DNA of 64,000 nucleotides, from contig OY253682.1 of NCBI GenBank assembly GCA_958009085.1, forward strand, positions 744,001-808,000, written 5' to 3'. A program made the position numbers and the translations under genes. The DNA comes from Protoeuglena noctilucae (Eukaryota). Each line of letters begins with the position of its first letter. Positions within the stretch are counted from its first letter, which is position 1. The notes under the pieces were generated by a model, which was not told where the DNA came from, did no database searches, and saw only the letters and a program-made list of their open reading frames with translations. This document shows, piece by piece, positions 12,126 through 23,510 of this stretch.

Positions 12126-14779
12126 TCATGCACCCCGGGGCGTCGTGGGCGCAGACCTGGCGTCCGCCCACTCGGTGCCGTCCCCCGCCTGGCTGGAACC
12201 CTTGGCCCGCCCCTTGGGCCGCGGCCTCGCCTCGTCCCTCACCGCCCGCACCCACACGCCGTCCACGGGGGTGGCCGTGATGGAGACGCGGATGTCCAGC
12301 TCGTCGGGCTGGCCCGGCATGGGCTCCAGGCGGAAGCCACGCAGCAGGTGGATCAGCGCAATCTTGACCTCCTCCGTCGCGAACCGCTGGCCGATGCAGC
12401 TCCGGGGGCCCACGCCAAACGGACTGCGACGGTCGGGGTGACAAAGGACATGTAAATGCTGGGGTGCGCATGGCTGGCAAACAGCCCCGTCTTTGCCACA
12501 AGCGCGGGCGTCGCGAAGTGGCCAGCCTCTCCTCCCGCACTCGCCTGTACGCGTAGGGGTGGCTGGGCTCCTGGGGCCGCCCGTCCGGCCCTGGCGCGAA
12601 CCGTTCGGGCTTGAAGGCCTCCGGGTCGGTCCAGTACTTGGGGCTCCGGTGCAGGTAGCGCAGGGAGAAGAGCACCTCCGTGCCCTTCTCCAGCCTCAGC
12701 TCCCTCCCCGCCCCGTCGCGCACCACGCAGTCGGCCACACACGACCGCGAGTTGGTAGCCGTGGGGGGATAAAGCCGCAGGCACTCCTTCACAACCAGAT
12801 CAAGGTAGACGAACTCCGACAGGCGCTCAATGCTGCGGGGTGGAACAAAGCAAAGCTGTGAGACAGACAGACTCGCTCTGGGGTCGATGGTTCGTCTCTG
12901 CTCTGCTATGCGTACTAGAAGCTCGCGCCCTCGCCTGGGCTCCTGGCCCCCCGTGACCTCGGCGATCTCCTCGCGCACGCGCTCCTGGGCCTCCGGGTGC
13001 CGCGCCAGCAGGAAGATGGCGTAGGAGAGGGCAGTGCTGGAGGTCTCAGAGGCACCGAAGATGAACGTCCACACCTGAGGGGGCGTCCAGGTACGGAGTG
13101 AGAGGCCGGGGGGGCTGACACATACCGACATCGCGTGTTCCCATGTGCGGCCAGGGGCACAGGGGGGTTCAGAGCATGGCTCAGGTCCAGCCACTGACCT
13201 GTGCGATGGTCTGGTCGTCGGTCATGGGGAACTTGCGGTCCGCGCTCGACTGCAGGGACAAGCATGAGGACAAGCGTGACGTGTCACGCCACACGCTGCA
13301 TGGCGTGCCACACACGACGTGGCGTGCACAACGTGACCACCCCGAGGCAAGGTGCCATCCCCACCCACCGCTGCGCCTCCCCTCACCCGGTGCATGATGT
13401 CGAAGAAGCTCCCACTCTGCGCCGGCCCCTGCCCGCCCCCCTCCTTGGCCGCCCTCAGCAGCTGCTCCGACACGGACAGGAGCAGCGTGCGGGAGGCCAG
13501 GGAGTCGCGAGCGATGGCCGAGTCCATGAGCAGGGGCACCGCGGGGCGCAGCCACGGGGCCAGCAGGGGGAAGAACATGCGCAGGACGACGTGGGGGTTC
13601 TTGCTTGGCTCAGCTGCGGGTGAAGGGAGATGCGGTGAAAGAAATCACACAAGGGGTTCATGCTGGCTCGGCTGCGGGTCGTGGTGTGACACGGATCTTG
13701 CTCGGCTCAGCTGGGGTCGTGCAGAGAGGTGTCGGGGCCAGCGCACGCGCATGACAGCAGCTCTCGCCTGAGAGCTGGAAGGTCTTGACGAGGTGGGACA
13801 TGTTAGCGAAGGGGCACGAGCGTGGGATGTCGAGTCCCTTGATGTCCGTCAGGGGGCAGTCGAAGTCGAGGCCAAAGGCGCTCGTGCCCACGACACGCAC
13901 GCTCAGGTTGCCGGCCATCTGCGTGAAGACGGAGGGGCGGGGTTACAGGAGCTGCGAGGTAGCGGAGCCAGTACATATGGCCCTGCGGCGCTTGTATCCC
14001 CACCATGTGCAATTCCTTGCCCATTGCTTCTGCTCGCCTGGAATGCGTCAAAGTACTCCCCCTGGTCCGCCAGCCTGCCCACGTCCTCGGCGAACTTCTT
14101 GGCGCCCTGGCTCATCAGAGGCCGATAGAAGCGCAGGGCGTTCTCGTTCGATACCTGCGAGGGTCGGCAGGGCATGCGATGCGGTGCTGGGGTCAGAGGT
14201 AGCACACGCGTTTGCGTTCTTCCCTCCCCCGCCGCTCACCCAGGCCGTCCACGCCCCCCTCAGCTTCCGCCAGGTGGGTACGTCCGTCTCCGACGCCAGG
14301 TTCTGGCGCACCACTTGCGTGTCACGCGTGGACACCCCCGAGTCGAGGCCCACGGTGAGGCGGTGGGAGAAGGCGGCGAAGTTGCGGGACACCTCGCCGT
14401 AGAGCTCGGCGTCGACGGACGTCAGGAAGACGACGCTGCCCGTGATGGACGCGAACGTGTCGCCGAGCGTGTCGAAGTAGTGCTTCTGGGCCAGGTGGCC
14501 CTTGCCCGACTGCGAGGACGGTCGGGATCACGAAGATGAGACAACGGGCATATTTTCATGCGTATCGACACCCGCTGAGAGCCCGCATCTCGCCTTAAAG
14601 TGCTCGGCCACGGCCGGGTCAGCCGCGTTGCCCACGAGCCAGTAGAAGGGCGCCGTCGGGACGCCCTGCTCCCGGAGCCGGCGCAACATCCGGCGCTGGC
14701 CGATGCGCAAGCCGTACACGAACAGCAGCGCGGCGAAGAGCAGCAAGCTCCCGACCACGGCGGCGAGCGCTGTGGACAT
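12126..14779 (-). CDS. Cytochrome P450 (membrane-anchored), 9 exons
   Basis: N-terminal TM anchor ([23 protein letters not shown]), I-helix [13 protein letters not shown], ExxR (KECLRLYPP), PERF (FKPERF) and heme motif [11 protein letters not shown]. Confidence 0.93.
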
Positions 14780-15505
14780 ACGGAGGTCGTGCTTTTCAGC
14801 GCGTAACCCGATGAGGTTATGGTCCATAACCTGCGCCCCGTTGCTCGGCGCACAACGAAAATGATAAGAAGAGCCATCTACCCGTGTCCTCCGCCCGTCG
14901 ACTCACCCGTCGCGACGGGGAAGCGCGCGAGGGCAACGCTCATGGCGTCCACTTGGCCGCGATGATCCCGACGCGGTCGAGGCGAGCCTGAAGGCGCCTT
15001 ACGCACTACCGGAGCAACGGATCGCCGATGAGTCCTGCAAGTAGGAAACGGCCACTCAGGTGGCGACGGCGTCCATGCAATGACTATTCAGCAAGGAGGG
15101 CCCCGCTCGTCCACGAAACGTCACTTCGTGTTTTCAACGGGCAACTTCTACGTCAAAAGTGCGTCATCTGATGGACTCGGGGCCGCGGTGGGGCGGGACA
15201 CAGCCCTTTCCTGGAGTTTCAAGTGCAGGAACAGGCTTTGCGCGGATGGGCACCAACCCCGCTCTTGCGAGTAGCCCCCATGCACTCCCTCGATTGGGGT
15301 CGTGACGGCTGGAAGGCTCGCTTTGGATACTTCGGCGTTTTCCACGAGGGGTGTTAACACGTGCACGGCCGCGTCGTTTGAACCCCGCATCCCGACGCCG
15401 GCGCCCAGGGAGGCGTCGCCGCGGTTGTCTTGATGTTCGTAGCATAGAGCTGATCTCGTGGGGCTGGACAGGGCCGCCGGTGTGCCAGGGGATAGGCGCG
15501 GGGAG

Positions 15506-17906
15506 ATGGCCGACCCCGGCGCGGGGAGCAAGTACCTGCGCCTCGCGCGGTCTCTGGTGGCGGAGCGTCTGCGAGAGAGAGGCGGCCCCGAAAATGGGGC
15601 CAGTGCTGCGTCCAAGGGTCCTGAAAACGGCCCGGGCGCGGTTCAGGGCGCTGAGGATGGGTCCGCGGCCAGGGCTCCCCCTCCACCCGGCCGGGCGCGG
15701 CGGAAGCTGTCATTTCGCGGGGCCAAGGGCGAGGAGGACTGCTCGTTGCGGGAGGCCGCGCGTCGGGACCAGGCGTCAGTGCTTTCGGACCGCTCCAACG
15801 CCCCCATTCCCCGCGAAGCCGGGGACCCTCTGGCTGCCATGCATGCGCGAGCCGAGGAGCGGCGCAAGCGGGTGAGGGACGTTGCTATGTTTGGGTCAGA
15901 TGCTGTGGTATTGCTTTCGGTGGCCACGCCTGTCCGGTGTCGCATGAATGGGGTCAGCACGGTCTGCCATCCAAACACCGGCGTGTTTTACTCGCGTGCA
16001 GCGCGACGCCATTCTGTCCGCCAAAGCAGGCAAGGGCCACAGTGACTCGGGCAATCGGAGAGAGGTGATGGTTTGCGCCGAACTTTGGTGCAACAGGGCG
16101 CGGTCAGCAGGCCACAGGGTGCAATGCCGCTGCCTGCCATCTGCAGTTGGACGACCGGCGGCTGACGGCGCGGGAGCGGCGAGAGCTGGAGGAGGTGGCG
16201 CGGTGGCGGGAAGAGAAGCGGGCGGAGGAGGAGCGGGCGCGGCAGGCGGCAGCGGAGCGCGCCCAGAGGGCTGAGGCGAGAGGATGGCAGATGGGACTGC
16301 TGAAGCTTCACTCACACGGAGCTGGTGTCGATTGTCGCATGCAAGCGCTGCTGACGCCCTTGGCCGTGCTTTCGCACGCAGGCGATGCGCCGCTTGACGG
16401 CTCTGGCCAACCTTCACTACGCCCGGCAGCTGGTGCTGGGGGCGTGGCGGAAGCTGAGAGCTTACACCGAACTGTGCCAGCGACGGGAAGCGCAAGTGAG
16501 ACGCAGAGGGCCACCAGGGTCCACAGCCTGGGCGTGGTGGAGTAACGGCACCGTCACATGTCACGCGAGGCTCTCGCATTGATGTGTTGGCCCATCCCAA
16601 TGGCAACCGCAGGCAGAAGAGAGGGGCCGCCTCGCCGCATTGCGCGTGGCCTTCCGCGGCTGGGCCCGGGAGTCCCGGGCATCAGCGCGAGATGAGGAGG
16701 CAGCGGTGGCGGACTTCACGCGGTGGCGGCGGATGCGCGCGGCACATGCGGCCCTGTGGCGGCACTGGCAGCTTGCCTGCCTGCGCCGGGCCATGCTCGC
16801 GTCCCGCGCCTTGCTCGCCCTCGACAGCCACCGGCGCGAGCGGCAGGCGCTGCACGCCCTGGCGGCGCGAGCGCACGCCGCGGGGCTGTGCCGCCGGGCA
16901 CTGGGCGCGTGGTCGCAGCACGTGCGCGAGAGGTGAGGTCATGCTGCGGGCCACCCCAGAGGTTCTTCTTGCATGCCTTGATGGCTTCCCTTCAGCATTC
17001 ACCTGCCGCCCTGGCTCTGCCATTTTCAGGGTCCGAGAGCGGCTGGTGTGGGAGGCGAGGCAGGAGCAGAGAGCGGACGCTTTCTTCCGAGCCGCGCTGC
17101 TGCGCGAGGCATGGGGGGTGAGCTGCCGCCAGTGCTTGTGCTGGAATGGAGGCAGTCACAGGAGCCATGTAGCCACCTGTCGCACCTGTCTTCTGGTGCA
17201 GGACTGGGTGGCGGGGGTGGCCGCGTGCAGGGACGAGCGGGCGGAGGAGGAGGCGTGGCAGCGGAGGTGGGCCAAGATCGGGGCGTGGCTAGACGAAATG
17301 CGCCAGTCGGGGGGCAGAGATGCACGGCCGGGGATCGCCTCACCCATCGCGGCCAGCAAGGGAGCCCAGCCGTCGCATGGCAGGCACGGCGGCACGGAGA
17401 CCGAGCGCGGGCGAGGGCTGACGTGGGGACACGGCTGGGGCGGTGGCGAGGACTTCAAGGGGACACAGGGGCGTGGCATCGGGCACCGCGGGGCTGAGCG
17501 AGCCCCAGCACCCTCGGAGGCTCGTGCGTTTGCCGACGTGGCCGGAAACGACTTCCTGGACGCGCTAACGGAGGTGCCGGTGCCCAGGGTCCCCGGCTTG
17601 GCGGTGGATACCGCGCGGCGCGGTGCGGGTGCGGTCGGAGTGGGGACGGCGGGGATGGTGACGGCCACGCTGACGAGGGGAGGGAGGGCGGTGACGGTGG
17701 CGACGCTGGCGCCCTTGACCCCGCCGAGGGTTGGGAAGGGGACAGCCCCCTTCCTAGCCGGGGTGGCTGGCGAGGGTGGCGCTGGGCAGAGGCGCATGGT
17801 GGCGTGGGAGGTGGCGGAGGAGCCGCCGCCGCTGAGCCCCGCGCCGTCCACGCTCGCGCTGCATGACATCAGTCGGACAGTCTGCCATGAGACGCCGGGA
17901 AAGTGA
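15506..17906 (+). CDS. Coiled-coil protein with Trp-periodic helical repeats (Sfi1/CCDC191-like, putative centrosomal/basal-body protein), about 7 exons
   Basis: A charged helix (RERRELEEVARWREEKRAEEE) followed by repeated A-x7-(L)L-x3-(F/L/W)-x2-W-like units: LHYARQLVLGAWRKL, LRVAFRGW, LCRRALGAW, ADAFFRAALLREAW. Confidence 0.5.
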
Positions 17907-18031
17907 ACAGCTTTGCTATTGCTGTCTGTCAGGGCTTGGAGGCATGGGCATGAATCTGCAAAGAGAGCCATGTTGCATTTTCAAACACGTGTTGTCGACT
18001 GTCACTCGCGCGGTAGGTGGCGCCCCCCGAA

Positions 18032-20188
18032 TTAGTCGGCTGCCGACGTCGCGCCGGGGCTTCCCCAGACCCCGTCACTGCCGCCCATGCGCGTGATCTC
18101 GCTCAGCTGCCGCTGCAGGTAGGCGACCTCGGTCCTCACGAGGCTTAACCCGGCCGGGCGCAGGTCGCAGAGGCGCGACATCTCCTCTCGCACCACCGCG
18201 CTCTGCGCCGCGCCCCACGCATCCCGCCCCGCCATCAGCAGCAGCATCGTCAGCCTCTCCGCCTCCAGCTCCGCGCACACGTCAGACTCGAGCGGCGCCA
18301 TCCCCGCCGCGCTGCCCACGCCCGCATCCGCCGCCTCCCGCACGCTCGCGCCCCCTGGCCCTGCCCCACCCACCACACCGTGCCGCACGCCGCGCCGGTG
18401 CTGCCTCGCCACCTCGTCCCGCACCATCGCAAACAGCGGCATGCAGCGCAGCTCCTGCAGCAGGAAGGCCCGCTGGTGGCCCGGCACTGCGCAGTTCTCC
18501 CGGCACGGCGGCACATCCAACGTCGACAAAGGCTCCGCCTGGGGTCCCGCCTCGGCGCCCGCGCCGGTCCTCTCGTCTGCGCACGCACCCGAAGAGCACT
18601 CGCCCTTCCCACACCCGTTCTCGCCACACCCAGTCTTCCCGCACCCGCTCTCACCACACCCGCTGTCGCCACACACGCCCTTGCCACGTGCCCCCGTCCC
18701 GCCGCCCCCGTGCGACATGCGCAGCGTGATGAAGCTGAGTCCCCGCGGCGGCAGCGACAGCAGGAGGTCCCCGACGAGGTCCCTCGCTTCTCCGTGCTCC
18801 GACGCCGCGACCATCGACGGCAATGTCTCTGCCACCAGGCGGTAGCCATCCACCCAGCCGCGATTCTTGACGTCCACGGTAAACGCCAGGCTTTCGCCTG
18901 AGGTTAGAGGAAAGACAGCACGGTTGCACGCTTTGAAACTGTCTCAGCGCAGTCCCAACCATGCAAGCAACCACCCGGGCTGCCGCTCGCCTGGCGCCTT
19001 GGTCAGCTTGATGTACCCCCGCGTGAGGCCCGTGTCTGGGTCGGTGCGCCCCATGGCCTCGAACAGTAACGGCAGGGACACCCAGTGGGGAGGGTACTTG
19101 AACCGCGCCACGTCCAGCACCAGGGCCATGTCCCGTGTCCGGTTGTACGCACCCAGGGGGGAGTAGTGGCCGTCGCCGGTCTGGCGCACTCCCTGCCGCG
19201 AATACGACACGATCAGGTGGGGATTGCCCTGGGAACACGCCTCCTCCACCTCACGCCTGCACGACATGGGCCACGGCACAGTTGAGGTAGCAAAGTTCGT
19301 GACTGGCAGCACATGCTATCGGTCTTTCTTCGGTTATCTGCCAGATGCCCGGCGCTCGCCTGAACTGCTCCAGGGTGGTGGTGCTCTGCAGCACGGCCTC
19401 CGCCTGTGCGCCGTTGCAGCGGGCGAGGCACGCGAGCTTGCCCATCGCTATGCCGTGCTCCCGGATGCGCTCCAGGGGCTCGCAGCAATCTGCACCCAAG
19501 CAGAGTCGTTAGGCTGCATCATGTCCAGTGTTCTTCTCAGCACACAACTGCAAGCACATGCATCAGCTAGCCACGCACCGAGGAGATCTTCGCTGAACCA
19601 CCGCCAAGGTCCCTTCCAGGGCCGTCGAGGATCGATGGCGAGGGCGTTGAGCACCATCGCCAGCGACGCCAGCCCGCAGTAGGCAGGCTCGTCCTGGGTG
19701 TGGAATTGCTCGATGAGCTGCGGGCGGGCGGGCGCAGGGCAGGTGAAGACGGGAACGCAGGCGATAAATTCCAGCACTCTTATGCATGTCGGGCGCCTCG
19801 CCTTGAAGAAGGACTCGGCGGTTCCGTCCGCCAGGGCCTCAACGAAGATCTGTCGGCCTCCCGGGGACGAGAAGGGCACGCAGATGTCCGTGGGCAGCTC
19901 GCGCATATAGAACGTCATTTTCTTCCAGTTCTCGGTCGTCGGCGGGGTGTGGACGCCGACTCTGCGGGGCTTGTGCTCGGCCAGCGCGTCGCGGGGCGGG
20001 TACCACGGGAGCTCCCTGTCCGGGACCGGCTGGTGGCAGCTGGGGCAGCGGTCGGGATCGTCAACGTGCGAGTGTTTTGACGCAGCGGGGTCCGCGTCGG
20101 AAAGCTGGGCCACGCCGCGCGCTGCTCCCAGCAAAGTGCAGACCAGGGCACGCTGCCGCACTAGCCCGGCCGACAGGCGCCGAAGCAT
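18032..20188 (-). CDS. PCS: Phytochelatin synthase (glutathione gamma-glutamylcysteinyltransferase), 5 exons
   Basis: [23 protein letters not shown] (catalytic Cys), [34 protein letters not shown] (His), [13 protein letters not shown] (Asp) and a Cys-rich C-terminal domain. Confidence 0.95.
18608..18682 (-). repeat. 15-bp coding tandem repeat (5 copies) in the PCS C-terminus encoding Cys-Gly pentapeptides
   Basis: cccacacccgttctc / gccacacccagtctt / cccgcacccgctctc / accacacccgctgtc / gccacacacgccctt, which translate as [25 protein letters not shown]. Confidence 0.85.
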
Positions 20189-20597
20189 CCGCGCGTGCCA
20201 GCAAGTCCCTCAGCAGTCCTTTAGCTGCACGGGTGCAGAGAGAGCTCGAAATATCTCTCTCAGGCCTCTAGAACTCATGGAACGGTCCTGGCAGCCCAGC
20301 CAGGCACCACAGGCATTGGCGCTGAGCTAGGTTGTTGCTAGAGTATGGCGGGGTGATGGTGGTGAGGTGTGCTGACCTTCCCTGCACTCGCAACACAGCG
20401 TCTGGCAGGTTTTTTCCATTTCGACGATTTGACGCCAGACCGTACCATGACTGCTGCATCATCATTCGCACTACATGCACAGTCGCTGCGTATCGCCACG
20501 CGATATTGCCACGCGCGGGCTGTGCGGCTTTTTGACAACCTTGGCGAGACACTTCACACGCCCTTCCCTCCGTCTTCAGGCCTTGTTGCATGTCCCG

Positions 20598-21617
20598 ATG
20601 ACCCGCTCCTTGGCGGTCTTAGTCCTTGAAGCGGGATGGGGTGCCTTCTCGGGGCTGGGGACGCCCAAGGGCTTGCGTAAGGCCTTCACGACCCGGGGAC
20701 CCCGCCAAGTCTTCGATGCGGAGGCGCGGAGGGCTCAGGTGAGCTCGCAATCACGAGCAGGGTGGGCGAGAAGGCAGTGACTATTTCCTCGTGCTCTAAG
20801 TGCTTTCCCAAACACGATCCCGTTGCCCTTGCAGGACGTGATGCGGGCGAGCTGGGAGTGGCTCGCTGGCCAGGGCTTACCAGTCGGCGACACCCCCACG
20901 GTGCACGTGGTGCCGCCAGAGTCCCCGTGGGCCCATGGGAGGCGGGGCCGGCTCGAGCAGGCCTGCATGACCAGCCCAGGGTTCGTTCCGCGCGCCCCAT
21001 CCGCGTCCCACGACCAACCGCGCCACGCCGCATCCGTCACCCTCGCCACCGGGCAGGTCCTCGACTGGCCTCTTCCAGCCATCATCGCCGTGGCGGGGCT
21101 GACCGACGCTCACCTCGGTGCGTTACTCGTGCGAGAGGGCGTAGGGTGCCACCTGCAGGCCCGGGGCGCCTTCACGCGCCGAGAGCTGCCGCCCCACTTC
21201 AGCTCCGACCTCCGCACGGGTGCGGTGGTGCCCGCCACGCCACTCTCTGTGATCCCTGCGGTGGTTCGGGACTGTCTCTGCGACCTGTTCGCCCATCAGT
21301 GGCTCCGCGGGAGGGCAAACGACGAGGTGTGCTCGGCGCTGCTTGCGGACTTGGAGAGCCGGGACGCGGGCGCGGCTGGCAGGGGCGAGGGGGGAAGCGT
21401 GCGTCGCAAGGCAGGGGTGCGTGGGGGAGCAGAGGGCAGTGAGCGGCCCACCGGGTCACCGGATGAGGACGGGGACTGCGCAGAGTGTTTGACGCGAGTG
21501 GAAACATCGGGGATCCGCAACGCACCTCTGAGGCGAGCACGTGGCTGGGCTGGTGATGCTGATGTGGGCGTGGCGAGATGTGCAGGGCGGACGCTAGGGT
21601 GTGACCGCGTGTTTTGA
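20598..21617 (+). CDS. DA1-like (DUF3633) peptidase-domain protein with degenerate zinc motif; start uncertain
   Basis: AIIAVAGLTDAHLGALLVREGVGCHLQARG and VVRDCLCDLFAHQWL align by eye with DA1 [30 protein letters not shown] and VEEGICQVLAHMWL. Putative intron about 20739-20834. Confidence 0.5.
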
Positions 21618-21961
21618 TGTGATGCGCAGGGAGGCGATGCGGGCTTCCGCGGTGTTTGGGATGGCCGGCACGCTGGAGCGGGTGCTGCTCATGGGCGCGC
21701 GCAAGTGCCGGTCGTGGGAGGCGGTGCACTGCCTGGGAGCGGCGAGGAAGGGGCGTGAGGCCGGGTCGCCGTAGACAAACCTGCAGTCAGCTTGGCTGTG
21801 CTGCGTCGGATCTGCGAATCTGAATACTCTCTGTCTTAAACCCTGCCCTAGCTACACGGCGCACGGCACGCACTCCCTGACGTGTTGCTGCGCAAGAACG
21901 ATTGGAGACTGAAGGGTGCTACCCACGCGCCACTCTACCCACTCCTGGGTGCCACCCCGCC

Positions 21962-22684
21962 TCACTCGAGGTCCAGGCACAGCAGCATGCGATCAAACCC
22001 CATGCGCCCTCCCTCAGATGCCTCCCTGGCGACCCGAAAGCCCAAGCTCTTGTACAGCGCTCGCGCAGCCGTGTTGTCCTCGTCTACCTGGGCATACACA
22101 CGCGGCGACCCGAACTCCGCACGGACCAGGTCGATGGCCGCCCTCATGACGGCGGCGCCCACCCCGCGGCCGCGCGCATCCTCGCGCACGCAGACGTTGA
22201 GGACGAACGCCGCGTCCTCCTCCCCCGCTGGTGCGAGGTTGTCGCGCCCGCGGGCTCCCGGGACGGCGCTCCGGGGCGGCCTCACGTCCGCGGACGCCAC
22301 CACCCGCCCCGAGGAGTCCCTGGCCACGAGGCACGTCACCGAGGCGCGACCGCCGGACCTGGGAACCACCGTCTGCTCTGCGAGCCTCGCCAGCTCCCTC
22401 TCAGCGAACTGCCGGCGGAACGTGTCGCGGAAACGGCTCGAGTCGTCCTCGAAGTACGCGTCCGCGCGAATGCAGGCGGTCTCGCGCAGGTCTGCATCGC
22501 CGCTCGCCACGGCGACCACGACCGGCATGGCGTTGGGCGTCTCGTTCGTCGACGACCCCGGCGCAGCGGCAGAACGCGCAAGTAAGCGGCATCTAGTTGT
22601 CCGAATGCGTTGCGGGGTCGCCCGGGGCCGCGCAGGGCGGGCGGCCAAGGCATGCCCGGCCAGGGCCAGGCGTGCGCACGTCAT
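21962..22684 (-). CDS. GNAT-family N-acetyltransferase with predicted chloroplast transit peptide (single exon)
   Basis: Arg/Ala/Ser-rich N-terminus, CIRADAYFED..SRF, acetyl-CoA-binding motif A (VLNVCVREDARGRGVG), motif B (VDEDNTAARALYKSLGF). 240 aa. Confidence 0.9.
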   Translation of the reverse strand: MTCARLALAGHALAARPARPRATPQRIRTTRCRLLARSAAAPGSSTNETPNAMPVVVAVASGDADLRETACIRADAYFEDDSSRFRDTFRRQFAERELARLAEQTVVPRSGGRASVTCLVARDSSGRVVASADVRPPRSAVPGARGRDNLAPAGEEDAAFVLNVCVREDARGRGVGAAVMRAAIDLVRAEFGSPRVYAQVDEDNTAARALYKSLGFRVAREASEGGRMGFDRMLLCLDLE

Positions 22685-23188
22685 CTACGCCGAGGCAAGC
22701 TCAGGGAAGCACTGCGGGGCGTAAGCGAGCAATTCGTATCGTGGAGCGGTTGATGGGCGGCGGAGGCGGTCGCAGAGCGCGCGGGGAGGGGCGCACCTGA
22801 GCCAAAGGCAATTTGTCGTGCTTGCTCTCCCAGTGGCCCTTGAGCTGGACCTCCGACGCTGTCTTCTGCGAAAAGACGCGAGATGCGATGCGTGCGTGGG
22901 GCCCGCGTCCCCCGCGGGACCGGCAGGTGGCGCAGCGTGATCGGAAACCATGCCATGCTCACCATGAACGTCTGGCGGCACACTTGGCATACAATGCTCA
23001 TGGACGCCTGGTTCGTCTTCAGCTGCGACACGCCTCCAGCCTTGTCCTTGGCCTTCTCCAGGTTCCGAGCCTGCGGACCATAGGAGCCGTGCGTGCAGCA
23101 AGCCGCCAGAGCCATCAGGAGCTTCCTAACCCAAAGCCTGGACGCTCACGCGCTTCGTCGCGGCCTTCGCGCCGTTCCCTCCGCCCAT
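22685..23188 (-). CDS. Small C2H2 zinc-finger protein (ZNF706/At2g23090, 4F5-like family), 4 exons
   Basis: Spliced product MGGGNGAKAATKR|ARNLEKAKDKAGGVSQLKTNQASMSIVCQVCRQTFM|KTASEVQLKGHWESKHDKLPLAQ|CFPELASA*, with CxxC...HxxxKH...CFP. All introns are GT-AG. Stop TAG at 22685-22687. Confidence 0.9.
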
Positions 23189-23510
23189 TTTCAGGATTAT
23201 CTGGAATCAGGACGTTGCTCCAACCAGCAGTGCCACCGGAGGCACGCTACCAGCGGACTGGGCAAGACCTGGATGCGGCGAACGGAAGCAGCGGCCGTTT
23301 GTGCGCACCAGAGCCAGCTGTTGCACCGCAGGACCGATGTTTCAGCGGCACGCTCAGCTTCATGCGTTTCCTCGCCGATCTCCACCGTTCATCTACTCGC
23401 GCGGACTTCCTTAGGCAACCGTGGACTCTGGAGTAGCAGCGGACGTTGGCAAGCACACGCTCCATCTGCACGCGGGTGGCAGCTGGGCTGGCGGGGGAAG
23501 GGGGCGCGAC

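Noticed and set aside
22685..22687. Possibility that TAG encodes Gln (as in some ulvophytes), making ZnF-GNAT a constitutive fusion
   Set aside because: TAG ends ASCC3, RSP2 and GalDH at plausible C-termini, and the ZnF ends at its normal family length.
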